Of a stretch of 53,450 bases of DNA, positions 22,072-37,221 are shown in pieces. The notes below the pieces were generated by a model. That model was not told the origin of the DNA. It did not search any database and saw only the letters and a program-made list of their open reading frames with translations. Position numbers and translations under genes: made by a program. The DNA is from Perkinsus olseni (taxonomy: Eukaryota): contig JABANN010000201.1 of NCBI GenBank assembly GCA_013115125.1, positions 1-53,450 on the forward strand. The letters are read 5' to 3'. Position 1 is the stretch's first letter; every line of letters starts with the position of its first letter.

Positions 22072-25000
22072 TCATTCCGCAGCGAGAGTGAATCCAAAAA
22101 CTCCCTTCTTGGTTGGGTCGCGTTCCAACCCTTCAGTGACCAGCACGTCAGTAGGTGATGTGACTTCCTCGACCGAGAGTTCAAGCAAACTGCGCGAGAT
22201 CGACCTCAGGACCTCTAGCTGGCCCGTCCCTGATCGAAGAAGCTGGCTCCCTAGCAATCTTATTGAATCTACCATCAGGATCTGCTGCTTCGGCCTCGAG
22301 GTCAATTTCGCGCTGTTCCGTCAGCGCTTTCACGAACTCGTCGTATTCGATCCGCCTGACAAAATTCAGTATCTTTCAAGGCGTTTTATCTCGCCCATGC
22401 ACCCACCCGTTGCACTTGTAATCAACTTGTCGAATCAGTTCCTCGACGCTTGTTCCACAATAGGAGTCGCCCAAGACTGCACGGAGGTTGTCCGCCGATA
22501 TATACTGAATAGGGGCTTTTTGACCAACAGGAGATACCCAGTCTTACTCCAGTTTTGTCCAGGTCCAGTTTCTCAAAAACTTCTTGAATATATCTCTCAT
22601 TCATTGCAAGCCTCGTCAGCAAACATGCTGCCAGGAACTCCGAGTAATGTATTTCGTCATCACCGGACTGGTCCAGCTTTTTGAAAACACGCTCCGCCTC
22701 TTGGTCGTCAATTCCGAGATATTTCGTGAGAGCTTGCTTGAGCCCTTGTAGTTTGATCGTTCCGCTGCCATCAGTGTCAAGTGACTTGAACTCTCGCTCG
22801 AGGTTTTCTAGCAGCTCGTTGCTGGACATGCTGAAGGCGATCATGCCCAGGGCGGCGCGTTTGATTCCGTTTTGTCGTGAAAATTGGCAAAGTCCTTCGA
22901 GTACTGATCGGTCTATGCCGGTGTCTTCACCGCACTCAGAGCTGCTCTTGCTCATGTTGGTTGTAATCCATTCATGCTTGGACGCCTCAACGGCGGACGG
23001 GCGCTTGGATGGGTCTCGCTGTAGGAGAGAAGTTATGAATGCCTTCGCCGAATCGGAAATCCCAGCCCAGCGTGGCCCTGAGTCGCGGGCGAGTAAACAG
23101 ACTGAGGAGCATCTCGGACGCACCTTCGAAGGAAAATCTGCCGTTCTTGACGTTGTTGATGATCTGCGCGTCGGTGGCGCCCCCGAAAGGTGGAGCGCCG
23201 GACAGTATCATGTAAACTATCACTCCGATTGACCATACATCGCATTTCGAGTCGTACGAACCTTCAAGCACCTGACACATCAAGTACGCGAACACCTTAT
23301 CCACGTCCAATCCCCAATGCGCTACTGAGAATTTCAAAACGATGCCAGTCAGTTGTGAAGCCTAGAGAAAAAAACTCTGCCCTAATCTGTTCTGGTGACC
23401 GAGCGTGGACTTACCCACTGGAGCTGCGGTCACCGGTTTCGTAGATACGAAATTAAATTTGTATCAAAATTCTTTTGATCATTGCGCCTCCCGCCGGGCG
23501 AAAACAACTGTATCGCTACTTCTGGAGCCACATAGTAGACTGTCCCATGCATCGCGGTCATCGGCTGATTCTGAGTGAAGACCTTGCTGAAGCCGAAATC
23601 GATCAGCCGTAGAGCAGCGTTCTCGGAGCTGTCCGCGTATACCCAATTCTCGAGCTTCAAGTCTCTGAAACGGCTACTGAATAAACCTCTCGGGATGGAC
23701 CCCTACCTGTGGCAGATGTTCTGCTTGTGACAGTAATGCACGGCATCTAACATTTGTCTGGTCACTTGTGCGGCATCTTGCTCGCCGTATCTTTTCTTGG
23801 ACGCAAGTCGTTCGAAAAGCTCCTTACCCGTACCTAGTAGGGTGCAACACTCACTGAGAAGGGATAAAACTTTCATCATACTCAGATGAATTAGGGACAC
23901 AGAGTGTTGAGTTAGACACTAACCAAAGCTTTTTCGGAAAAAGTCTCAGTACACCAGTAGAGGGTTGCGCTCTCTGTGAAAAAGATCAACAAGTTGAAGA
24001 CGTGAGATGGCAAACGCCCGCGAAAACGCATTTCACGTTTCACTCCGCCAAAATCTCATTTGGCGTGCTGGACCGGCGTAAAATAAATAAGAGTTTTTTC
24101 TACCTACGGCGCGTGCAGAGAAGCGAATTTGTGAGAAATTGTGTTCCACAGGATCCGAAGGGGACTCGAAGTTCAAGTTCGAGTCTTAAACATACCACCC
24201 CACGTGGTACCAATGACTAAGCGACTCCGTGATGATAACGCCCAGCATGGCTATCGAGCCGCCCATGCGCGCCGCGCTCGGACCTCATTACACCCGACGG
24301 TAGGAGCTCCACCGCTTACATGCCTCCATCACCAGCCGGACGCTCGTCTCGTCTTCATACACCTCTAGTAACCGACAGACGTTGGGATGGTCCAAGTGCA
24401 GATAGATTTCGACTTCATTACGGAGGAGCTGAATATGAGCCCCTTTAGCAAACGTGCAACATCAGTCGAAAAGCCCAACTCTCATTCAAGCAAAGGAGCT
24501 TTGAGGGTGTTCAACAGACCTCCCCTGACTTTGAGAACACCCAGGATTGAAATTAACGTGTAAAAGATGCTCCTGGGAGCGTTCTGGGAACTCAGGAAAT
24601 GTCTTTCTCTCACCTGGATCGCTGTCGTCGCGCGGAGGCTTTGTAAACTACTCAAGAGTCTTAAACCAAGACGCTTCATTCAACCCAAGCGATCACCCCT
24701 GTTTGCAGCTGGCCCACCTCGAATTTCCTCGAGTTAAGATTTTCTGTCGTCAGAGTTTTGACCGCAACTGTCTTCCCTGTTGCTTTGTTCCTCGCTAGAT
24801 ATACCTCGCCGTTCATGCCAGTCCCTGAACACTTCTCATAACCGTGGCGATGCTCAGTGAAGCTCCCTTACCGAGCACTCGGTCTCCCAGTATTTCATAA
24901 ACCTGATTAATGTCTTTTTGTTGAATTCTTGCGCTCTTTATCCCAGGTTTGGCCCTCGACAAGTGCTCTGTTATGCTCTTACGGCTGGCCGTGCTCGCCG

Positions 25001-25125
25001 TTGCGTCCGCCGATTGGGCTGAAGAGAATAGTTCTTTCGAAAAGAGGGTGAGGACGAGGTTGAAACGCACCTTTTCCGGCTCGGGAACCGTCAATGCTGA
25101 CTGCTCTGGAACAGTGACATCCCAT
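22072..25125 (-). CDS. Calcium-dependent protein kinase (CDPK), multi-exon
   Basis: Start MGCHCS (acylation-type motif); LGKG..GEVY, VAVK, NEVEIYLHLDHPNV, ICHRDLKLEN, IDFGFS, GTVYYVAPE, DVWSIGV; junction then EF-hands DTDGSGTI, DQSGDDEI, DLDKTG|YIS, DYKCNG|RIEYDEF. Confidence 0.93.
24505..24613. mobile_element. Hairpin MITE-like element, copy 2 (CDPK intron), right end decayed
   Basis: GGGTGTTCAACAGACCTCCCCTGACTTTGAG is identical to copy 1, followed by colinear similarity (CCAGGA..TTAACGTGT..TCCTGGGAGC..CTCAGGA). Confidence 0.7.
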
Positions 25126-25804
25126 AACAAGACAGAGACCGATATGAAGTTGTAGAGCTGGCGCGTCTCGGAAAGAACGATTATGCGCTGACGATTTAGG
25201 GTGATTCTTTCCGATAGCGGAGTTTCGAACAACATCGTTGAGCTTAAGTCATGTGACCCGTTGAGGGTATAACTGGAAGCCTAGGCAGTCGTATGCTTTT
25301 CTATTGTAATGCAGTGGGCCACCGGGCTGTATTCAAGGCGATGGTATTCCAGGTTGGCCGTAGTCTCATTCAAAGCGAGTATCTTTGGGTTTCACTCGTC
25401 ATAGCTCCTGTGTTGCAAGGTAGGGCGTGAAGCTGCCCGCTTCATCAACGACCTTGAAGGAGCCCATCTGTTCCTTCTTCCTGGGACTACCTTGTGTCGT
25501 CACGTCAGTTTGGCAGGTCGGTCGAACCAGTCCTTCTTTTCTATCTACGGTCTTTATTTTTGACGGAATTCTAGATATCGGTGTTGGATGCTGATTGACT
25601 CGGCTCCGGGGAGGTAAGCAGTTTATCTGGCAGCCGACTATAGGTAGCTTTGCTGGCAACGATCGAGATTCCTTCTGAAGGATGTTCATACCCGACTCGG
25701 TATAAGTGATATACTGAGGCCAGTTTGGCGGTGGTTGCTTCACTGTGCTGATGACAGCTGCACTTTCAGCCTGGTCCTTTCTCGGTTTACTTCTGTCCTT
25801 TATA

Positions 25805-28656
25805 ATGAGCTATCCTCAAATGGCACCCATGGGAGGCGGACGTCAGCCCGTCTTGATTTTGAATCCCTCGGCCAAGAGGGACAGTGGACGCCGCGCCCAG
25901 CTCTCGAATATAAATGCTGGCAAGGCCATTGCCAGTGAGAGGAAGCGCTAAACCTCCTTCCCTCGCCGGGCATCGGAAATCTTCAGGTATCGTTCGGAGC
26001 ACGCTTGGACCTAAGGCAATGTTGAAGATGCTTCTGGACCCTATGGGAGGCATTGTCCTCACCAATGATGGTCACGCTATTCTGAGGTATGTCACGCTTT
26101 GTACTGCTGGGCGGATTCCTGTTGTTCGCTTAGAGAAATCGACGTGACGCATCCGGGTGCGAAGACGATGATGGAGCTCTCGAGGTCACAGGATGAAGAG
26201 GTGGGAGAATCTCCTGGGGTATCTCTTGGCCGGATTTTTGCTCAGGTTGGCGATGGTACCACGTCTGTTATGATTCTTGCCGGTGAGATGCTGTCGGCAG
26301 CCGAGCCTCTGCTCGACCCTAGCAGGAAAATTCACCCCACCAAGATCGTCGCCGGTTACATGAAGGTACAGCTTGAAAGGACCTTGTCGCTGGATGTCAC
26401 GCGCCGCATAATTGATGCTCAGGCTCTTGAGGACATCAACAAGTTTTTGCCGGAAATCGCGGAGAACATCGACCCCAATGACCAGGATCAGCTTCTGCGG
26501 ACCGTTAGGGCCAGCATTGACACCAAATTCGCTAACAGGTGAGCAGCTTGTATCAATCGGCAATTTTACCGGCCCTGAATTGCGGTTGAGATTTCGTTTT
26601 GTGCTCCTGCGCGGTGAGGGAATTCTTCACTCCGGGGGTAGTCGATAACTGCCTCGAGTGGAAGTCGTTTAAGCCTGCTGACGGCGTTGTTTAATTTGAA
26701 AGAGCGCGTTTCCAGTTCGTGTCGTCCTTTCTAGGTGGGGTTCTATGATCTCGGAGCTCGCCTTGAAGGCCGCCCAAGTCGTCAAGATTGATCGTCCTGG
26801 CTCTCAGCCGGAGATCGATCTCAAGAGATACGCCAAGGTAGTTCTTTGAACACGATGAGGGTCGACCATTCTCTGGTCAGGTTGAAAAGATTCCGGGCGG
26901 TGATTTGAGCATGTGCCGCGTCCTCGATGGAGTTATGCTCAATAAGGACGTCACCAACGGCAGGATGCGACGGTTCATACGGTAAGGGTCAGCCTGGACT
27001 TACCTGGGCTTCCCCGACTTTCGTCGTTTCTCAGGAATCCCCGCATAGTGTTGCTCGACTGCACGCTTGAATACAAGAAAGGTAGTACTTGCCGTTCGCT
27101 GGGCTCTTGTTGTGACATCTTCTCTTCGACAGGTGAGTCGGAGACCAGCGTTGAAGTTACTAAGGAGGCTGACTGGGCTGCTCTCTTGCGCCAGGAAGAG
27201 GAAGAGGTTCAGAAGGTAGAGTGTATCCTGTGAGTTTCGGAAAATTTCCTATTGTCTCAGATTTGTGATCACATCCTCGCGGTGAAACCCGACTTGGTCA
27301 TAACAGAGAAGGGTGTGTCCGATCTGGTGAGCCCCCGCGGTGTCTTGAATTCGGCTTCTACTGGTGGTGATTTCAGGCTCAGCATTTCCTGATGAAGCAG
27401 AATGTCTCAGTCATTCGCAGAGTTAAGAAGACTGACAACAACCGCATTGCGAGAATTGTAAGAGCTAACTGCGTGTCAAGGCGCTTAGATTCTTCCTTCA
27501 GTGCGGCGCCACAATCGCGACGAGAGCCGAGGAGCTCACTGAGGCCCACGTCGGGACTGGGTAAGGATGCACGGGTTAGCTGGTTTCGTTTCATTTCTTC
27601 ATTTTTCAGATGCGGAACCTTCAAGGTTCAGAAGGTTGGCGACGAGTGGTATACTTTCCTGGTTGATTGCAAGGAGCCCAAGGTGAGTGGGACCGTCCGC
27701 TCATGGTCTTTCAATCTCCTCGTTAGGCTTGCTCTGTTGTGCTCCGTGGCGGCAGTAAGGACGTCCTCAACGAGATCGAGCGTAACCTGCAGGATGCTTT
27801 CTGCGTTGCAAGGTAGGCGTTCTCATCCCGTGTCATCATTATTCCATGGTCTCACCTGCAGGAACATTCTCATCGACCCTCGTCTCCTGCCCGGCGGCGG
27901 CGCTGCTGAGATGGCCCTGGCCGCTCGACTCAACGAGCAGTCTAAATTAGTCGAAGGAGTCACTCAGTTCCCTTATAAGTAAGCCCGTGTGTGAACGCTG
28001 GTTTTCGGACAGCATTTTTTCAGGGCGGTCGCTTCTGCGTTGGAAGTCATCCCTCGTACCCTAGCTGCCAACTGCGGTATTGATGTGGTAATATGACGTT
28101 GTGTGCTTGAGATCAGTCGGCTATATGCTTTTATCTAGGTTCGTGTGCTGACTGACCTTCGGAGTAGGCACTCTAAGGGAGAGTACTGGTGGGGTATTGA
28201 CGGCAACACTGGTGAAGTCGTGGACGTTAGAAAGGTAAAGTCAGCCCGCGTGTAAGTTGATTTTGAAATGCTGTGTTTCAGGAGGGTATTGTTGACTCGT
28301 ATCTTGTTAAGCAGCAAACCTTCAAGGCCTCGATCGAGAACGCGGGGATGATTCTGAGGTCCGCTGAGCCAGCCTCGCGCCAGTCCACGTCGGAAGCTTC
28401 TCTTTCCTCAGAATCGACGATATCGTCAGTGGTATTTCTCATCACGACAAGGCTGGTGCTGCTGCCGCTGCCGCGGCTGGAGGTAATGTCCTGCTTCGCT
28501 CCGCCTTGTTTGTCTTCATTGTTTAGTGTGCGCAATCTAGCTATGCCAGCAGAGTAGAGTCCTTCGACCTACTCAGTAGACTAGCTGCGCACACTTACTG
28601 TTGTTCATTCAGATGAAGAGCCTAACGAGACTTTCGGCGATTCCCGCGACGGCTAG
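25805..28656 (+). CDS. CCT3: T-complex protein 1 subunit gamma (chaperonin CCT3), many exons
   Basis: QPVLILN...[123 protein letters not shown]. Confidence 0.96.
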
Positions 28657-29247
28657 ACTTTGACCAATCTCAACGTTCCTAGTGTTGTCGTAGCGTAACC
28701 CGATGCCTTCCTATACGAGACACTGCACGTACGCGCTGTTTCGAAAATACCATCATTAACGTCGCTTTGTGGATTGCGAATACTTTCCAAAATCTCCCCT
28801 CGGGGTTGAGTTCTAGCTTGTTTGAATCTAGAGTGGGTTGCTGATGTTCCATCCTTCGGAAGATGGTGCGAAATGTAGTGGACGAAGGAGGGGAACGATT
28901 TGTGAAGGGGATTATAACTGATGAGCAAAGGTGATGATGTGAAGATCCAGATCATTGCGGTTGCTTCCGATTGATTTACTCTCTGCTGGTCGGCCGGACA
29001 CTCTGGCCTCCTTTCGATCCGGTGGGTCCCGGAGGTAGGTGAGAGAGGGTTGCCGTCTTCAAGAGCTTCTCAGTGCTTCCCAGGGCTCTCGCATTGTGTG
29101 AGGCGGAGAGCCTGTTCTCCTCTCTTCATCGCCAATCACCCCAGGACGGTCTGTGGTATCTGTCTGTGGTATCGCGGTTGAGTTTGATGCAACGGAGGCG
29201 TATCCGGGCTGAAGTGATGGGAACGGTGTAGGTAACAGGCTTCTTCA

Positions 29248-30616
29248 ATGGCGTCATCTCCCTTCCCTGGAGTCCTTCGAGTCAGCTGGGAATTGGTTCC
29301 AGAGGCTCCTCCTTCTGAACCTGGGCCGTGGAGGGGCGTCGCTTGCTGGCCCTGTCCGAATGAGGATGCTTACGAGAATCTGGTAGTGATAACGGATATT
29401 CAAACCACGCTACTTGGCCGATTTGGTAGGGACTTAAAGTATTCAGTAGGCCCGATTTAGTTGTTCGATCGGGCTGTAATAGGGGTCTCCCCGAGCTCGC
29501 GAATCGCAATTGCTCACCGCACTGCAAGGAGCCGTCGGGAAATCATGTCACTCGTCGTGGTTATCCGGCAAATTTCAGACGAATCAGCTTCGAAACTTGA
29601 AAATGGAGCCTGACGGTGGTCATGACCATCATGGGTTTTCAGAAATGGGGTCGAAGGACATCGACGATTTGAATAAAGTACGGGGAAGATTTTCTCCTGT
29701 GTTTGAAAGGTTTTGCTTTCCATGTACGATCGATGCTATCAGCGGCACTTCGGGCTACTAAGTACCTGAAGGAATCCGTGGAGAAGGAGACTTCCTCTGA
29801 AGATGATCGAGTTGGTGCTACCATGGTCACGGCCGATGGACATGTGCCGAGGATGGTTGACAAGCCGCCAAGAGTGGGAATGCCAGTTAACAGGCCGTGC
29901 AGTAGCGGATCCACTGTAAGCTGGGCTGATGATGTTGATCTGTATCGAGGGTTGTATGATTTAGACGCCTCGGTCAACCTCAACTTTTGTGTCGCTAGGC
30001 GGTCGGAATGGTCCGGAAGAGGATAATACTGGTGAGAGTTTTGTGGCGCGGTGAAGGTTGATGTTGTTGGTCAGAGTCAGCGGTCGAGGTGAAGTTGACT
30101 GCGATGAGGAAGAGGTTTGCCATACCGCCGTCGCCACGGCGACTAGAGTAATTCCAGGAAGCACAGTGAAGGACGGTGAGAGGCTTTCTCTCAGGCGAGA
30201 AGCGTCAGGAGCAACAGCGCGATCGCGGAATCTCATCCGGGGCGTCGCCGAGGATTCTCTAAGGGAATCCGAGGTATCGTTGTTGCGTACAGCGCAGTCG
30301 GTCAGGATGTTACCACTACGATCCCCACGGGAAGATGTACTTCCGTTCAGGAAGTTTCTCTAGTAAGAGCAAGATCTCTTCAGGTTTCAGCGTTAGCTGA
30401 CCGGAGGCCTGGGCGGCCTCTTCCACCTCGTGTTGCACCGCCACCCTTCACGATGAGAGACTTATCCATTTATGAGCGGCGGTAGAACTTGTCATGCTCA
30501 ATACTTGCTGATGGGAAATGGACACTGTGTTGCTGGGACGTTCGTGGCGCGCGGGAGGTTTCGTTGTCTCTCTGCTCACCAGGTTGACATGCAGATTTGT
30601 TTTCAACTTTGCCTGA
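29248..30616 (+). CDS. Hypothetical multi-exon protein
   Basis: ATG-initiated ORF (MASSPFPGVLRVSWEL...) followed by a series of GT-AG-bounded open segments; no family recognised. Confidence 0.35.
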
Positions 30617-32667
30617 ATGAGTGCGTCTACGCTACTTCGCCGCCGAGCGGTGATCCGTAACATCACCCTGGGCCTGTCAGGGGGCTTCGCGGCTTCGTAT
30701 GTGATTGATAATCTTGACTCTGTATTGAAGAGCTGGAGCAGGTAGTGGCGGGTAGTGGGAATGTTTTAGTTGTGAAGGGAAATTTAGCGGCGGTTGGCCC
30801 TCTGATATGTTCCACATTGATGAGGGGTATTCGCAGATGTATTCGACTCAACAACTGGTTTAGTTAGAGCGTTTGTTGGAGATGATCCGGTCTTCTCGCA
30901 GGATGGTGGTCGAGGTGGACCAGCGTTTGCCGGGACTGATGACTCCTGATTTCCGAAGCCGCTTGTTGCTGAAAGCGGCCAGGAGAGTCCATCGGGACGG
31001 AAGTGATCGCGAGTTTGTACAGAAAGTAGGCTACTTCTGTGACCATTCCCATCTTGCTGTCATGCCAGACTCTATCGAATTTGGATCTGGATGACTTGGC
31101 AGTTTACTTGGAGTCAGTTTCGTCTTTGAATCATCTCCTCTCTGACGAGGAGCGTGATGAGCTTGTGAAAAAGGGTCTGGACAACTGGGACCACTGGAAA
31201 AATGACGGCCGATTTGGTAGAACCAGGGGCCGTAGTCGCTTGGGCAACAATTCTCGTCATTCTAGCTTGGATTGCTCGAAGACGTGGGTCGAGTATAGTA
31301 GCCGCAGCTGGTTAGTGAATTTTCCGCAACAATCGAGCTAACCCTTGCCAGGGCCATAGCAACACGGTGCGCGAGGGTTGTCTCATTGCATCATACTCGG
31401 GACATTTAGAGTGCCAATCGTCTGCGGGACCAACGGGGCCGTTGCTAAATGTTGTTTACTACAGGAACTAAAGAGAGTGTTCTTGATAACCATACCACCT
31501 TCGGCGATATGTTGAAAATGGTGAAGAATATCTTCCTCCGTATCATTGTCTCTAGTTAGTCGACTCACGACACCCCCGGGAGGAGACATCTCCGGTATTC
31601 TTGCGAGTACCGCGTTGCTTGATTTCTTCCGCAGGCACCGAGCAGCGGTCTAAACTCACAGTTGATCTGGCATCGGTAGTGTCCAGAGACTTTGCGCCCG
31701 GCAGTAGTGTTTATAAGCAAATGGTCAGCAAGATGCAAGGTACTTATGACTGCTGATGATTGGATATAACTTTATTTTTTCGTCAGGGCAGCGATCACTG
31801 AGACCTCAAGTCGAGTCGCCGCGTTACCGGGACTTGGTTGAGTCCTTGGAGAAAAGAGTTAAGGAGTCTCGTGAGGGATTGAGGTGAGGCTCACTTCCTT
31901 GTTCTCTGTCTGTGGCCGTTGTGAGTGATGTCCCTCTTGCGTGCAAAGTCTTAGAACTGTAGATTCTGTGAGGCTGAATCTCTTTATCGCAGTTAAGCAT
32001 CTCTCGCAGAGTTAAATCCCTCGTTGGCCCGATCACCTCAGTAGACACTAACTTGTCTTTATTTTCAGTCTGTGTACGGCGCTGTCTAGGGCTGGGGGAA
32101 TCAGTAGTGATGATTACGCGATGATGGTAGCAATCCACGATCGACTGCACGGGCAGATCAGAAGGAAACAATGCGGACTCGCTGGGTTTGCAATGGCTGG
32201 TAGGTAATTTCCGGGTAGACTAGCGGTTGACCGTTGATGGCAGGTGTCTTGTCGGCGGCGATCTACTACCAGGACTATGTTCTCCATCCGTTGCTGCCGT
32301 GAGAATCTTCCCCGGTGTTCATCAGTTTATAGTGTGCAGAATTGGAAGTTCCTGAGAGTACAATTGAATGAGCGCATTTGGATTTCTGGCTGTTGCCCTC
32401 TTAGTGTACAGGGTTGGTTTGCGTGCATTATATACTTATTGCTTGAGCCTCCTTTGATTTGAGTTGAAGTCAGTTCACTTGTTTTGGGAGCTAGATGAGT
32501 ATCGTATCGTTCGTAGGTATCTTCTCGGGCAGGTTGCTCTCAGTGTCGTTTCGACTTCTTGGACCGGTAATATGGCGAGTCCTCCATCGGGAATGTGTAA
32601 GACCCTCGTTTCGGTTTCGACAGCTCCATCGGGGCGTGTCGATGTCGTAGAGGTTGTTGAACTGTAG
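30617..32667 (+). CDS. Hypothetical multi-exon protein, possibly organelle-targeted
   Basis: MSASTLLRRRAVIRNITLGLSGGF start; helical exons ERLLEMIRSSRR...EFVQK|TLSNLDLDDLAVYLESV...WKNDGRF; further exons to ~32.6 kb. Boundaries uncertain. Confidence 0.35.
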
Positions 32668-32783
32668 TTCTCCTGTCAGCCCCTGAGAAGCGCGGAGATT
32701 TTTATCTGCGTAATGTACCTGATCGGTGGAAGCAGGTGAGAGAGTAGTCGTGCTGTGCACCTCGTACGTTCGTTCCTGGTAGT

Positions 32784-33253
32784 ATGACCCCGAACATCCG
32801 CCCTACAAATTCTTCCCTGGACGAACGAGAGCTCAGACGAGACAGTAGTAGATGGCCAGGGCGAAAGCTAGCACATTGTCTTCTCAGATGGTCGGGAGTT
32901 ATGTTTTTTGTGACAATCGCGGTGGCCTACATCGCCTACCAATTGAACGAAAAAAGGCAAGCTAAGCTGGAAAAGGTCAGCTGCCGTGAGATGCTGGGCA
33001 GAATGAAAGGACAGTCGTTCAGTTCTTCGCCGAAAGGGAGCATGAATTTCTCCTGCCCGTGCATCGAGAAGCGATATATCTGCAGGAAGAAGCGGTAAGG
33101 GATCGGTCTAGTGATAGGAGTGGAGACGTATTCCAGTTACAAGCTTCCGCGATTCGCGCGAGACGACGAGCGCTGGGCCTGCCGGACAGAGCGACCGGGT
33201 CGTGTGAGATCCGTGATGATGAGACCCTTGAAGACCTCGACGAGGAGGAGTGA
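32784..33253 (+). CDS. Small single-pass membrane protein, multi-exon
   Basis: MTPNIRPTNSSLDERELRR...WSGVMFFVTIAVAYIAYQLNEKRQAKLEK|FFAEREHEFLLPVHREAIYLQE...DETLEDLDEEE*. Confidence 0.5.
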
Positions 33254-33359
33254 ACATGAGTCGCTGAGTATTATGTTGATCACTAGTTTCAGTTCAACAC
33301 CAGTGGTAGTTGAGTTGTCATTTTTATAAAGTCTGGAGGCTCCCAGTTGGGTCGTGTTG

Positions 33360-34969
33360 ATGTCCTTTCCTGCATTGCGAGTGGCGCCGCGCCTCGAATA
33401 CACTGCCGAAGTCATCGTTTTGATAACTACTCTGGGAGTCAACCGCAGAGAATATCTTGACTCGAAGAGGGTATGCATGGGCGTTGATGATGACGTGCGT
33501 GGATCGTTCTTACCTAGCGGGACTATTGGCTCAAATATTGGTATGAAATTTGCGAGATAACAATAAGCCAGGTTTGAATCGCGCTGCCAGCTTTCTGAAC
33601 CGCACTCAGAGACGTATCACTACAGCAACAGTTTCTAGATACGCACTCGGTAGTTGGATCCGATATCTCAGCTTTGACTCTTGTCAGATTCGAGATCATC
33701 TGAAGGTCTTCGGTGCACATCACAAGGTCATCGATATGAACCGTGACTCCGCGGTGGACTTCATATTCCTTGGCCAACGCCGCGAGTCGGCCACTGTAGA
33801 GAGGACGGACAGGCACGTTGAGGTAGATCTCGAAAATACGCAGTCAATTGTCCTGATGAGTCAATACTGATTAGTAATGATGCTTGCAAAAGCGCAGAAC
33901 TCTGGAAACTGGAAAGTTCCGGAAGATCGGGTATTAGTACCGAGATTGATTCCTCAATGCGAAGTAATGTACAAAAGTGTTCTCTTGTAAGTGGAATAAC
34001 CGTCTGCGTGACGCAGACTGCGTTCTTGCAGCATATCGCTCTTCGCGGTCGCGAATAGCCATACAATTTTCGCCCGGTGCAATCTCGTCGCGATGAGATC
34101 GTATCTCACCAGCCTAGTAAGCACCACCTCGGGCAGCTGAAGCGGCCCCGGCAGGCGGTTTTTTCCAAGTGGCCGTGAATCTCTGATTAATGCTCAGAAT
34201 TCAACTGTAAGGCGAGTCGACCGTTTCTTCGTCTATATTGCAGTTTTCCATGAGTGACCAACATATTACCGGGGGTGATTCATGAATGAACTTTTCGACA
34301 GGTCGTTCGGAATCTCCACCGTTCTCGGCGAATACATCTAGCGGCCGATGGATCCCCCTCAGTGCCACAGGTTTTCATCGACGGTTGTAACATTGGAGAC
34401 GCCAATTCGTTGCAAGTAAGTCTGTTAGTGCTAATTTTTCTCACTTGTGTAGCTTTAGGACCTGGACGATCGAGGCCTCCTTGCTATGCTGCTGCGGAGG
34501 GAACTGTGCCCGTCTTGCCTTGCCAAGAGATCTCGGACGACTTTACCGTACCACTGTAGAAAATGCAATATCGAGATGAAGGAATACATGCCTGGTGAGG
34601 ATGGTTCCATGTATGGAGCCTTACCCTGTTGCTGTCGCGGTTGTGAGCTAAGCGGATGCATCTCTGTGCGATAATGGCATCTACCTTGACTGAGATTGAC
34701 CCACAAAGTTTCGACGACGGGTGGTGTGTGTCGGTTTTGAATCCCACGCCTTGCATAATTATGGCCATTTATTTTTTCGGAAAGGTTTCTCTTCAGGGTA
34801 TCAAACCATCGAGGAAGCGATGGAAGCGATTGAATCAGGTGAAACCCGAATGAACTCTGTAACACTAGGTGTCATCGTTGCTGTTTTCAGCCGAGCGCTA
34901 CACTCGCAGCACAAGGAGCGAAGTATCGGAGTGCGAGCCCGAGGCTGAGGCCTTGCCTGATAGTGTATG
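33360..34969 (+). CDS. Glutaredoxin-like domain protein with C-terminal Cys pairs (GRXCR-like), multi-exon
   Basis: EVIVLITTLGVNRREYLDSKR|IRDHLKVFGAHHKVIDMN...|...SVPQVFIDGCNIGDANSLQ|DLDDRGLLAMLL then CPSC...CRKC. PQVFIDG is the glutaredoxin cis-Pro motif. 3' end approximate. Confidence 0.7.
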
Positions 34970-35186
34970 ATAATATTGCTTCTGTGTGCAGCAGCATGAG
35001 TTGTGTTACATCAGTTGACCAGCAATAAACCGCAGCGTGTCGTACGACAGGAGAGACGGATTTTAGGGCGAGCGCCACTTGAAAAGGCTGTTTTCTCAAA
35101 TTTGCACAAACGCGCATCGCTCCGCTAGCCAAGTTGCAGTTTGTCACTTTTAACGCTAATAGAGTTCATCGTTCTGTTGCCTCATC

Positions 35187-36614
<1,428 letters not shown>

Positions 36615-37221
36615 CGGGGAGCGGTTGTGACAGCAGCTCGGCAGCCTGCTTCATCATCATCTTAATTCGTCCGATCATCCTCTGCTGTCTGTTGCTAACC
36701 TCATCGTCGGTATTTCGAGGTGCCGAATTTTTTGGTGATGATGAGGATTGCTCGGGCTGGTGCTGCTCTCCACTACTTGCTTTTGAAGATAATAAAATTG
36801 CGGCTGCTGCTGTGGATGGCTTAGTAATCATTGGTAGTCTTAGTGGTTAGTTTTATCATCCCGTACGCCTGGGCCACCCATATACCTTTATTTGCTGTGT
36901 ACTGTTGAGTTTCATAGTCACAAATGGATCACAGAACCCCGGAGGTTTTTGTCAGTGTTTGGGGGGCATGTTCCGTCGAGGGGGTGAGCGACTCAACCCA
37001 CTTGGCCGAGATTGGCGGTATAAGCTGTTCCCGCGTAAGGTGGACAGGGACGGTGGATATACATGGTTAAAAACGTAGTGCATGGGAAAGTCTGACAAAG
37101 ACCCACGGCCGCTCGCGATTATTTTACCGTTTACTATCTTGATATATTATAGAATGCATGAATTCGGACTCGTGTATACTCATAGTGTCATACCCATGCG
37201 CATACGGCGCCGAAACTTCTC

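Noticed and set aside
25399-25743. 114-aa ORF between CDPK and CCT3
   Set aside because: No recognisable motif; lies in the divergent intergenic region. A small spliced gene cannot be excluded but is unsupported.
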